Source of the DNA: Macrostomum lignano
Taxonomy: Eukaryota
Assembly (NCBI GenBank): GCA_002269645.1
Contig: NIVC01003924.1
Coordinates: forward strand, 1 to 64,000
Length of the DNA stretch: 64,000 bases
Reading direction: 5' to 3'
Part shown: positions 13,301 through 24,738 of the stretch, piece after piece
Numbering within the stretch: the first letter of the stretch is position 1
How the letters are laid out: every line of letters starts with the position of its first letter
The notes under the pieces: model-generated
Databases searched by the model: none
Seen by the model: the letters and a program-made list of their open reading frames with translations, nothing else
What the model was told of the DNA's origin: nothing
Translations under genes and position numbers: made by a program

Positions 13301-16300
13301 CGCAAGGAAGATGGTGATAAAAAATAATTTCAAGCCACTGCAAATCCCGTACAGTGCGACTATTAAATTTGAACCCGCTGTGCCCACCGCGCTCCTCACT
13401 GCCTGTCAGGGAGTCCCTCTGTTATTGACAGCCTGCGAAGCCACAGGTGAGCGGCTAAGCGGTGAAAACACGGGGGGGGGCAATGGTTGCCGGGGGCTGA
13501 AAATGATGATGTCGAACTTTGGGTAGTTTTTAAGCGAGAAAAAAGTACGAAGAAAGCAGGGTTTTTTTAAATGATCCTCATTTTTTCGATCTTTCAAGCG
13601 AAGCTTGGCCCGCCCCCCTCCCCCCTGTAGTGCCAGTCAGTCAGTCAGTCGGGTTGAAAACTGAAGTTAAAAAAGGCATTTCTTTGCTAGATATTTTGTC
13701 TTTTCTCCATCTTTCCTGGTCTGAAATAATCACAGAGAAGTGAGCGGGCGGGCGCCCCACCGGCCCTCCGCGCGGCTTTTATCCCCAACGGGACTCACAG
13801 TCGGGAATTCATCGGCTTTATGGGAAAAGACGGTCGCATTTCTGATGAACTCGAAAGGGGAAAGCCGGTAATAAAAGTGGCCGAACTTTGAGGGAAAAAA
13901 TCCTTAGGAATTCGAGGCCCCAGTCGATCACACTCATTGGCTTTAGTCGGTTTTATAGCGAACTGAAGAGCGTCTCCTTCTGGGTTTATCTTCATCGGGA
14001 GGGTGGCGCACCGGCTGTCACGGAGTTTTGCTTGTCCCCAGCTGCTCACAGAGAGCGCACAGAAATGAAACTGGAAAATATTCAGTACTTTAAAACTACT
14101 CCCCGCCGCTCTGCACTCGTTAGCAATGCGGCGATTCGATCGGTTTAATCACCATTGAGTCTTGTTCACAAACTGCTATGAGCGCCTCATCATTGGGAGG
14201 GGTCAACAGGCGTCCCCTCAGGGGGCGGGCGGAGGCTCTCTGATTAACCCTCCGGCCCGCCTCTAGTAGTAATCTCTTTGGGCTTGTTCTCCGCTTCTGC
14301 CCCCCTGGGCCGGGCCCATTATGCCCAAATCAGCTGTGCTGGTCGTGAATAGGGAGAGGGGGGGGCTTTTTTACGAGCTACTCGCGTCGGGCTTCGAACC
14401 TGCGAGCAGAGAGAGAGTGGAAATCTCTTTTCTCTTTCCATGTCGATTTTGCAAAGCCTTTTGGATCGGTAGCTGGTTGCTAAGTTAGGAGAGTCTTGGC
14501 GGTGCCAGACAGCCGTTCCCCAGCTGCCGCTTCCGCAATTTTCTGCTATTTTCTTTCTTAAAAAAGCAGTTAAGATCATCGTGGCTCCGTGCTCACTTTC
14601 AAGCGCTGCAATCACAGCATGACCCTCTCACGGATGCTGATGAGTTCATCTCAACAAAAGTAATCAGAGTATTGTGGAGTAGCGCTTCCGCTGGGTTCCA
14701 TTGTGCGGCCGCCCGCAGCGTCAGCTCCTGAATTGCATCTCAGGACTTGGCTAACAATAAATGACATTTGTAAAATTTTTAACATAGCCAGATTCATGGT
14801 AACTTTCATTGCATCTATTGTTGCCTAAAGATGCGTACCAAGTACTGCCTTTTAATTCCCTTATGGGCCATGGGAACTCGCATGCCTAGATGGGAGATTT
14901 CACACTTGCCGCACTTGAAGACGGGAAAGAGAGAGAGAGGGGAGGGGCACAGAAAGCTTTGCTCAAGGCTCTCCAATGCTCAGCCGTTTATCCCATTAGT
15001 AGCTGGGTGAGAGAGGGAGGGGGAGGCTGCACGGCCGAGGCGGCCACTTGGATGAAGTGGGCGGACAAGGGGAGGTGGCAAAAGTAGGGGATAACCGCAG
15101 CCACACTGGGAAATAGGATCAAATAGGATTGGAGGCGGGTGGGTCTGGCGGCACTGCGACAAGCACCTCACCAGCTGAGTGAAAGCGAGAGAGAGAGAGA
15201 AGTGGACCTTTGAGTGCGCAAAGCAAAATTTTGTGTGTCTGGGAGGAGTTGGGTGATCAGCTCGCCGCCTTGCCGCCACAAGTTGAAAGTGTGTGAATGT
15301 GTGAACACTTTGGGTGCGCAGTAGTGGGCACAACACTGCTCAAGAGGTGCGCTCTCTTGAGCTGTGAGGCTAACGAGAGTGAGGAAGAGAGCGGAGACTT
15401 GGGACTCGCAGCAGAGTGAGCTCGAGAAAAGGTTAAACAAAAAACCCGGTCCAGTAAGAGTGCTACTCTCTTAGCTAAGACTCTATTACGGAATTGCATG
15501 CATACACTGCTATATGACTAGAAATAATTAAGTGAAAAGCACGAGCCAAGCCACTGGCAGTTGTCGGGCAGCCAAGCGATAGATTTCAATGCAGTACGCG
15601 GGAATAGCAATTCATTATTTGGCATATTGTAACTTATAAGACGCCATCATCTTCTCAGCCTCTCCCTGTGCCCCATCAGACTAATGAGCAGTGTGGAGGC
15701 TGGGGGTGATTAGCGGCCAAGATAAGCCCCCCTGGCTTTGGGATATGCCTGTATGATTTGGGCTGACTGCAGCACCCGGCAGCCAACGCAGCCCCCCCCC
15801 CCCCCCCAGTCCGTTGGTGTTTTTTGGTCGGCGGGGTTGGCTTATTAATCATGCATTCGCTGGCTGCTGGCGCCGGCTCTGCAAGTGAGTCACAGCTGCT
15901 CCAACCCGGGGACCTCCTGAAGAAGCAGAGGACAGCACAGGACTCGCCTGGCCTGCTCTGCTCACATCCTTCCTTGACTTGCCGACAGAAGCTACCAGCA
16001 GCACCAGCCAGCCTCGCTGACCCTCCCGCTGATCCTTCCGACTCTGCCCTCTGAGACTTGAGAGATGGCGCCCTTCACTCTCTCGAGCCCATAAAGTTTT
16101 TTGCACAAATCTCTGAATGAATTACTTCGGCTCCCTCTCTCCGTTGCCTGACTTTTGCCTCTCTTCCACTCTCTGTGTTTCCTTTTTCACCGATTCATCT
16201 ACCCGAGTAAATAAAACTGAAGAAACATTCAAATGAAAATGACCGGAAGTTTCAACCAGTTGTCAAAACCAGCCGTCTTATCTGCTGTGCGACCCAAAAA

Positions 16301-16351
16301 ATGATGAAGGAGCAAAATGTTTCTCCAGAAGTTTTAGCACCTCTGACTCAC

Positions 16352-17218
16352 CTTTGCAATCACGTAACCTTTGGCCTTGTCCTCGGACACTCGAACCGAC
16401 GTGCGTTTAGACTCGAACTCCGGACTATTGTCGTTGACATCCTTGATGACCACGCGGACGGTGATGCGGCCCTTCCGACCGTGTCCGTCCTGGGCCACGA
16501 GGTCGAACTGGTAGCTCTGCTGCCTCTCAGCGTCCAGGCCCTTCTTCATCAGCAGGTAGGGGTTGCCGTACTCGTCCACATTCAACTCGAAGGTCTCCAA
16601 GGTCTCCGGGCTGGCGCTGGCCGGGTCGATAGTGTACGTCACCCGGCTGAGTTCCGGCGAGAAGTCGTCGTCCTTGGCGATCGGCAGGTCGACCCGCGGG
16701 TTCGGACAGGCGACCCCCGGCACCAGGCAGACGGACTCGTCCCGCTGGATCTCTTCGTAGGTTGACTGAAACCTCGGCGCGTGGTCGTTGATGTCGCGCA
16801 CGATCAAGGTGAACCTGCCGCGCGCCAACCGCCGGCCCTGCAGCTGCGGCTGCGTCGGCGGTGGCAGCTCGCGGACCACCACAGAGAAGGCGTGCCGGCC
16901 GCCATGCGGGCACTTCGCAGTGGACCGGCAGATCGTCTCCAGATCGATGGACGCCTTCAAGCGAATTTCGCCCGAGGACGAGTCGACGCTCACGTAAGCG
17001 TCGTGCATCTCGAGGGCGTAGGACAGCGGGCCGGCGGAGGTCAGGTGCCGGGACAGGTTGCCAAGGGCAGCGACATTGCCCAGCGCCTGCGGCTGACTTT
17101 CCTCTGATATTTCGATCGCCTTCTCGAAGGTATACAGAGCGGCCACGCCGGAATGCGATGCGACGGTCGTCAAGGCGACCGCGAAGGTCAGAAGCTCGCG
17201 CCAGCTGCTTAGAGGCAT
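16352..17218 (-). CDS. Protocadherin coding exon 1 (signal peptide, EC1-EC2, start of EC3)
   Basis: Signal peptide; DINDHAP and DVNDNSP linkers; LDAE motif; donor AAG|GTGAGT at 16352/16351. Confidence 0.92.
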
Positions 17219-19189
17219 TTGCTGGACAGCTGCAAAAACGAATAATGATGAGGGAGAGATTTTGGAGTTGGATTCAACAAACGGAGCTCAATTTTTTTAT
17301 TAACTGAGGCTGCTTTGAGCAGTTTCGCAAGCAAGCCAATGCACTGGAAGAGCAGGTGCCTGGCCGCTAACTGTGGCCTGCAATTTTCAATTTTATTAGC
17401 AATGGCTCCTGACTCGATTTCGAGCCACACAAGCTGCTCAATCTCTGTCTCGTCCTAATAAATGCTATTTTTTGAAGTGCTTCTTCCGTTGGAGAGTAAT
17501 CTGCATAATCTGCAGACAGCGCGGGAAATTTGGTCTGCAAAATTAAAATAATGACCATTTCCATGCTCCCTGCTATCTCTCTCTCTGCGTGTGCAAGCGA
17601 AGTCGTTAGCACCCTTTTTTATCCCAACAACTGGGGGATAATTGTTCCGGAAGCAGAGCGTGTTGCAGATTCCCCCCTCCCCACCCCCATCCAGCCGCAG
17701 AGCCTCCCAGCTTATTTTGCATTTTTCGCATTCAGAAAAAATCCTGGCAGTAAAATTTGGGAGGCTGATTTCTTGTCAAAAATTGGAACACCAAATCCGC
17801 TGGCTGATTCTCCCCCGAGCCTCATCAGGCAGTCCAGGCTCCCAACTAGCTGTTCGATTCGACCCAGAATTCAACCCGAAGTCACCTTTTCTTCGTTGTC
17901 CTTTGCAGCCAGCTCCTAGCGAGGGGTAAACTATTTAAGCTATTTATCGCATGGAGAGCACAAAGCGTCTTGTTATTCGCGACAAAAGAATTCGCGGCTG
18001 GCGAAAAGTCGAGAAGACGCATTCCAAAATGAAGCGAACTCGCACAGGAGTGGCCGCAGCTCCCCGAACAGCTGACTCCGACAGACACTGCCAGATTTTC
18101 AAAAAGTTGTTCTATGAAAATCTGGGCACACCCCCAACCCTGACCGGGCGCAGCTGACAGATGGGACCTCGGCGTGATGCAGACTCTCCGCCGCCTCATC
18201 ATGCCTCTCCTAAGCCTGTCCCACCCTCGGGCTGTCCTGTTCCGCATTGGAAAGATTTTACTGTTGCGCAATGCTTTCGTACAGCTGATTGCATGCAATG
18301 GCGGCATATACAGTTCTGCATAGACTGCTTGGTTAGAGGATTTTAACGATTTCGTTTAAACAAACAGACTACTGCTTCGTCCTGTAGGGTAGAGAATGCT
18401 AATTCTTATCGGGCAGTGGGGCCTAAGCTTTGTTTAAATTAATTACATACCTTTTATTAGGTTGGAACTCAGGGGCGGGGGACTCATCTGCATGGCTAGC
18501 CCCATCAGAAGTCACTCAGTTGTATTAGGCTAATCGAAATTTTTTTTCTCTTTTTTACCGATAGCTGCAGCTCTCAATGCGTTGGCTTATCAGCTCGTTC
18601 TCATCTGTCCGCTCCGCCTTGTGGCGCTTCTCATTCCAGTCCTTTGCTGGCAATATCTTCATCATCTCAAGCAGCCCTTGTCGTTTGAGAGCTCAGTTGC
18701 TATCATTATCTCTATATAGATTTTTGCCTTCTATATTGGCACAGAGACTACACAGATGTCCACGCAGAGCTGATCTGCGGCAGCACTTGTTAGGCCCGAG
18801 ACTCTCTGTGCCCGTGTTTTATCCGAATTCCACTTTTTCACTTTGGTACCCCATCAATCGTTAATGACATCCTCAGTGGGTTAGGAAAAACTGAAAAAAA
18901 ATCGATCAGAGATATTTGACTGGCTGATGAAGTCCGTTCGACAAACATATGCGGAATTTGTCAAAGGAAATGATTCTGCGTTGTCTTTGTCTTGGCATTG
19001 TTCTTTTTAGACTTGAAAGGAAATAGGATAGGGAGTGCAACTACAGACAGAGTCTGCTTGAGGAAAAGCAATTTCAGGTATTTCACATGGACAGCTGAAG
19101 CAGAAGGGACGCTACTCTCAATTTTCTTAGAAATGACTAGCAATCAGCGCCCCCGTTGGAGAGGCAACAAAGAATGGAATACAAATATT

Positions 19190-19660
19190 CTGATCTCTCA
19201 GCAATTTCCCCGTAAGCCTCGACATCTCAGCGATTCCCCCAGTAAGCCTTGAAATCTCAGCGATTCCCCCCTGTAAGCCTTGACATCTCAGCGATTCCCC
19301 CAGTAAGCCTTGACATCTCAGCGATTCCCCCCTGTAAGCCTTGTCATCTCAGCGATTCCCCCAGTAAGCCTTGACATCTCAGCAATCCCCCAGTAAGCCT
19401 TGACATCTCAGCGATTCCCCCAGTAAGCCTTGACATCTCAGCAATTCCCCCAGTAAGCCTTGACATCTCAGCGATTCCCCCAGTAAGCCTTGACATCTCA
19501 GCAATTCCCCCAGTAAGCCTTGACATCTCAGCAATCCCCCAGTAAGCCTTGACATCTCAGCAATCCCCCGTAAGCCTCAACATCTCAGCTATTCCCCCCG
19601 TAAGCCTCAACATCTCAGCAATTCCCCCAGTAAGCCTTGACATCTCAGCAATTCCCCCGA
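19190..19660. repeat. ~30-bp minisatellite
   Basis: GACATCTCAGCGATTCCCCCAGTAAGCCTT units. Confidence 0.93.
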
Positions 19661-20214
19661 AAGCTCTACTGAGAAATCAGATTTTTGTCGACCGATTTTG
19701 TCTATGACAAAACCTCATTCAGAGCTATGCATTCTCTAGAGCACACTAAATACACTAGCAATGCGAACAACATACGTTCTCTATCAGTCTCCAGCTTTCG
19801 AAGAAAACCGAGTGTAGCGTTTTTATAAGAGTATCTCAGCTGTCTGTAGTACTTCTATGATTGGGACGATGAGTTATCACAATGTGTCTGCATTCATTCA
19901 TTCCCTTTACGGCCATTGCAGCTCTGGCAGGGGTAGTGCAGTCAATCATTTATGAGCACTTGGTCAACCTACATGTTTCTCTTCCGATCTCTCACAGATC
20001 GCCGTAAGGACTGCCCAAGTTAAGGCTCTCAGAGCTGGGGGGGGGGTAAGACCACCTGGCTAAAACTTTTGATTTTCGCCGCCAAACTCCGGTGCGGAAG
20101 GGAAAGACAAACAGGAGCGGCAGGGAGGCTGAGCGATGAAGAGCGTGCGGGGGAAGGCGTTTGTGCTGGACAAACTCTCTCTCAGTCCGGCTGAGATTTT
20201 TAAACCTGTGGAGA

Positions 20215-20259
<45 letters not shown>
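20215..20259. repeat. (AACT)n microsatellite, left part of the insertion target
   Basis: Perfect AACT run abutting the left TIR. Confidence 0.95.
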
Positions 20260-20260
<1 letters not shown>

Positions 20261-20363
20261 GTAGTATACGTTTTTTTGACACAAAGCCGATTTCCTTATG
20301 GCGAAATACATAGTAAGTACAGGCCCAAAAAAATGGCAGAGTCCGAAATTTCATGTGCACGCA
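20260..20363 (+). repeat. Left terminal inverted repeat (104 bp)
   Basis: Reverse complement of 34885-34988; first 84 bp identical, 4 mismatches in the inner 20 bp. Confidence 0.97.
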
Positions 20364-20409
20364 GTCTGAAATTCCATGTGCACGCAGTCTGAAATTCCAA
20401 GTGCACGCT
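20341..20409 (+). repeat. Subterminal 23-bp tandem repeat x3 (GTCTGAAATTCCATGTGCACGCA)
   Basis: Three near-identical units, each with a GTGCAC palindrome; the first unit is the inner end of the TIR. Confidence 0.9.
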
Positions 20410-20884
20410 AAATATCTTTTACGCAACGTGATTATTCAGACGAATTGCATATCCACCTGTCCAAAATACAAGTAACCGATTCTAGCAATGGTGACACAAA
20501 CACACTTCAAAGGATTCCATTCAAGACAAATTTACTCCAAAGCTATTCACACATTTCAAGTGTTTTTGAAATATTGAAAACTTGTGAATATTATCACCCT
20601 TTTGAAGAAAGATAGTAAATGATCTATTCTTGAGTGCCTATAGAATTTTTGCACCAACTTGAGCAGATGGTTTACAGATACTATGTCAACAACTGCGTCA
20701 ACATGCTTCTTCTTTATACTATATATATATACGAACACACTGACACAGAAAATATTAAATAACTTAAACCAAGTTTACATTATACTACTTGTTCAACTAT
20801 ACTTACATCTTAAGTGAAATGAAGCGATCACGTCAGCAGGAATTGGCCGAGCGCTATGTTAAACAAGGTAAGATAATCACCTAC

Positions 20885-21115
20885 TCTAGTTCAGTTTTCT
20901 TTTTTAGATTGACTGTTCGCTATAGTTTAGTTTCTAGATTGATTGTTAGTTCGGTTTCTGTTTAGACCGATCCTCTGTTTGTTCAGTCTCTAGATTGATT
21001 TTCTGCTAGTTCGGTTTCTGTTTAGACTAATACTCTGCTAGTTCAGAATTTCTAGATTGATTGTCTGCTAGTTCGGTTTCTGTTTAGACTGATTCTCTGC
21101 TAGTTCAGTTTCTAT
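20885..21115 (+). repeat. Degenerate ~30/60-bp tandem repeat in the element's left arm
   Basis: Recurring CTAGTTCGGTTTCTGTTTAGAC and CTAGTTCAG-TTTCTAGATTGATT units. Confidence 0.75.
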
Positions 21116-21128
21116 ATACATTGTATAC

Positions 21129-21680
21129 ATGCACCTATACCAAATTTCCCTCATCTTATCCATTATTATAGCATTCAAGAATGGTTTCTTCACGCGGCCA
21201 CCTCCAGATCAGTGCAAACGCATTTGCCACGACACCACCACATCCAATTCTGCTGCAAGAGCATCATATTCTACATCTCTCGCCAGAGTAACCTCGATTC
21301 ATGTCGAGAGACAGACAACTGAGCTAGATCGCATTTACACAAGAACTGATGTTATTCAGTCAATTAGGCAGCAATCGAACCCACGACCAACTGACCAACT
21401 GCAGTATGCACCACCACCACCATCACCAACCAGCTACAATGACCCAACAAAGCAAACTTGCAGTAAGCCTACAAGTACCAAACCAACGACAGCAACTGAA
21501 ACACCATCATCATCAATTGCTATTTCTACCCAAGTTCAACCGCTGCTAAACTCGCCAATTATTGTACAGAAGGACATCAAGTCTGTAAAAGTCTCTCAAA
21601 TGAGCACAGGCTTCTACCAAGTAGAATTACCAAAGACCTGTAATACAACTCAAGTATTTGAATATTGGGACCTATCTTAA
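21129..21680 (+). CDS. Hypothetical 183-aa protein with hydrophobic N-terminus and Thr/Ser/Pro-rich middle
   Basis: ATG-TAA ORF; MHLYQISLILSIIIAF is signal-peptide-like; mucin-like central region; no family recognised. Confidence 0.5.
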   Translation: MHLYQISLILSIIIAFKNGFFTRPPPDQCKRICHDTTTSNSAARASYSTSLARVTSIHVERQTTELDRIYTRTDVIQSIRQQSNPRPTDQLQYAPPPPSPTSYNDPTKQTCSKPTSTKPTTATETPSSSIAISTQVQPLLNSPIIVQKDIKSVKVSQMSTGFYQVELPKTCNTTQVFEYWDLS

Positions 21681-21930
21681 AAAGACATTTTTTCTAACTC
21701 TTCATAAAATTTTGCCAGCAATGTGTCCAAGTAATTGCTCTTTTAGTATATATCAAACAAGTCTGTAATCAATAATATAATCTCTATAAATTCATTATTC
21801 TAAAAAATTCTTTCAATTTTATTCGCCATTTATTGAAATTATTTAATTCAATATAAAGTCAATATCTTGTACAGTCATCATTAAACAAAAATTATTAATC
21901 CATGCAAATAATTTTTTTTTCATACGTTTC

Positions 21931-22625
21931 TTTAGCCATGGTCTGGCTTTTGCCTCAACAGTATGATTTAGCTGTGGTCCAGCTTTTGCCTCAACAGTAT
22001 GATTTAGCTGTGGTCCAGCTTTTGCCTCAACAGTTTTTAGCCGTGGTCCGGCTTTTTTGCCTCAGCAGTATGATTTAGCTGTGGTCTAGCTTAAAACTGC
22101 ATCAACAGTGATTTAGCTATAGTCCAGGCTTAACTACCTCAACGATGATTTAGCTATAGTCAAGGCTTAACTGTCTCAACAGTAATTTTAGCTGTTGTCC
22201 AGACTTAACTGCCTCAACAGTGATTTTAGCTGTGGTCCAGGCAACTGTCTCAACAGGGATTTAGCTGTAGTCCGATTAGCTTAACTGTCCAGTTATTTAG
22301 CTGTGAGCCAAGCAGCAGCACCCGTCTCAACAGTGAGAATTAGCTATGGTCAGCTTTACCTCAACTGTGATTTGGCTGCTGTGGTCTAGCATAACTGACT
22401 CAACAGTAATTTTAGCTGTAGTCGTCCAGCTTAACCACCCGTCCAGTTTTATAACCATGGTCCAGCTTAACCACCGTCTCAACGTACAGCGATTTAGTCG
22501 TGGTCCAGCTTAACCGTCTCAACGTACAGTGATTTAGCCATGGGTCTAGTAGCAATTAACCGTATCAATAGTGATTTAGCCGTGGTCCAGCTTAACTGTC
22601 TCAACACAGTAATTTAGCTTAGTCC
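21931..22625 (+). repeat. Degenerate ~36-40-bp tandem array (~18 units) inside the element
   Basis: Consensus approximately GATTTAGCTGTGGTCCAGCTTAACTGTCTCAACAGT, with indels between units. Confidence 0.85.
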
Positions 22626-23329
22626 AAACAGCATTTGTGTGTCAACTGCACTGACTGCATGCGGTTATAGCAGCGGCAGTCATTATAGTCCCAACAAGCT
22701 GCGCGTCGCAGCATGATAGTGTAACTCTATATAGCTTCTGCTCAATATAGGACTGCAAAAGCTGAGTTACAACTATACCTTTTTCTGTTTGAAAAGTAAC
22801 ACTCTATATATAGGTTACTCAAGCAATCTCTTGTCACCGTGCGAGCTAAAAAATTCCAACATGCAAGCAAAACTTTCAATAAATTAATTTCATAGCACCG
22901 CGTGCAGCTTATTTTTACTCTAAAATCCAAGATTGCTAATTTTTCAAGTCGCAAAATATTTTAATTACATTCTACTTGAGAACAAAACCAATCTAATGAA
23001 GCAGCAACCAGCAGTCTTCTTATTAAACGCTTGCCATCGTGTTACTCTTGCAAATTTATAACTAGTGTGCCTAAGATTCATTAATTTTATTGTATAAAAT
23101 ATCAACCTACATTTGCGTAAAATTAGACCTAATCATGCAACCCACCCTAGAAACTTATGCCACCTTTGGCACGCAACAATGTCTTAATCAGCACGCAACA
23201 ATTAAATTTGTTTACTAGTTCACAAACAGCATGCAAAGCTTGCTATAAATACAAGACCCGAAATGGTCAATTTTTCATGAGCTCAATCATTACAGCAAAA
23301 GAAATACTATATTCAATTGCTTGTAAGAC

Positions 23330-24528
23330 ATGGCAGCTTGCATCAAGACGGAGTCAATTGTACGCTCCGACTCGAGTCCGATTTTTTACGTTGGAGAGCA
23401 GTCTACAACCACGACTGGTTCGTCCTGCCAGTTTCGATCTATTGCGTGGAAACCATCAATCGAGTGTACAAAATGGTACCCAATTATATTGCAAACCAAG
23501 GCTCCAATGGAGCTTTTTCGTGGAATCGCAGAAAGGCCAGAGCTCGATCATCCGTCTTGCAGACACGACTCTCGCGACGCAGTAAGTGTCCAATTTCATC
23601 CAGACAGCTGCGATAAGGAACTCTTCCACTCTCTCCGGTGAGCACCATATTAAATTTATACAATTAATTTTAGGAAACTATATTCATAATTTATATAATG
23701 TTTTGCAGTCAAGTCGAAAAAGGTCTATCGGTCAAGTTGAACGAGATTCAAGATGCTCGACCCTTGGCACGACTAACAAAACCAGCTCATCAGCATGCTA
23801 ACGACGTCCTCGAGTTTGTGCCTCAACAATGGCTGGCTATAAAGCCTGCTTACCCTTGTGCCACAATCAGGATCAGCAACGATCATCCACACGGGAAGGA
23901 GGTGTCCATTTCCGATTTCAAAGGTGTCAGCGGTACCTACCAAATGACAGTGCAAGCAACGAGCTTGTATTGTCCAAAAGGCTGCCTCGTCTGGCGCATT
24001 ACATTCGCTGTGCGCTCTCTGACACTCATAGAATCTTCCGACAACATGTTGCAGCGCCTCGACATGTTCAAGGGAGTGCTTGCACACCTACCCGCGACCA
24101 AGTCAGCAATTAGAAGCAGGAGTCCGTCCCCAACATCTACCTGTGAGCAAGAAGAAGCAAATGAACAAAGCCTGCAGAATTCAAGCCAGGTGACACCTGC
24201 CAAGTCACCTGCAAAGCGTCGGTCTACCACCACCGTATCGAAGAAGTCGACTACATCGAATGCAGCGCCAGCCTCTATTGAACCGCCGCCTAAAAAGCAA
24301 GTTCGAAAACGCAGCGGTGCAAAACAGCAAAACAATTCTGCCGAAGCTGGTGCAGATGGCACAGACTGGGTGGAGGCTCCACCAGCAAAGATCTTGGTGA
24401 GTACACCTGCCTCTGGAACCAGGGTAGCGTCCAAGGAGACAGCATTTTTAAAGCGTGCTGCTGCGGACGCTACTACAGCTAGCGTGTCTTCATCGGACGA
24501 CTCGTACAGCAGCTCTGATGATGAGTAA
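23330..24528 (+). CDS. Two-exon gene (23330-23637 + 23709-24528, ~375 aa); putative ssDNA-binding (OB-fold-like) protein
   Basis: A 71-bp AT-rich GTGAG...TTTTGCAG intron joins ORFs 23330-23641 and 23698-24528 in frame (HSLR|QVEKGL). Beta-rich core, then a low-complexity basic linker and acidic tail SSSDDSYSSSDDE. The function is inference. Confidence 0.6.
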
Positions 24529-24738
24529 CAAAATTTTTGACTAATTTTATCCAAGTTTTAACTAACTTATTCCACTATATTTATCAAATTTTTGGCTAGG
24601 GAAATATTATTTTTTAGGGAAAAGCTCAAAACATTTTTTGCTACTCCTTGTACGCTAACCAGGTTTTGTAATTTAATATTAGAATTTACGATAGTATAGT
24701 CATGTTTAACTTTTCTTATTATTTATTTTCCGTTTTAG

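Noticed and set aside
11169-13343. 724-aa and 710-aa ORFs on opposite strands
   Set aside because: Both are translations of a stop-free 30-bp satellite inside a protocadherin intron; there is no unique domain or convincing gene structure.
21931-22625. CRISPR-like appearance of the ~37-bp array
   Set aside because: Units are contiguous degenerate tandem copies without unique spacers; no cas genes; eukaryotic context.
20556-22954. Short minus-strand ORFs 20556-20738 and 22742-22954 (the latter with CxxC)
   Set aside because: Short, AT-rich and without a complete RING or other motif; cannot be supported.
23157-23616. ORFs 23157-23585 and 23317-23616
   Set aside because: They overlap the frame (23330) that splices cleanly into 23709-24528; no recognisable motifs.
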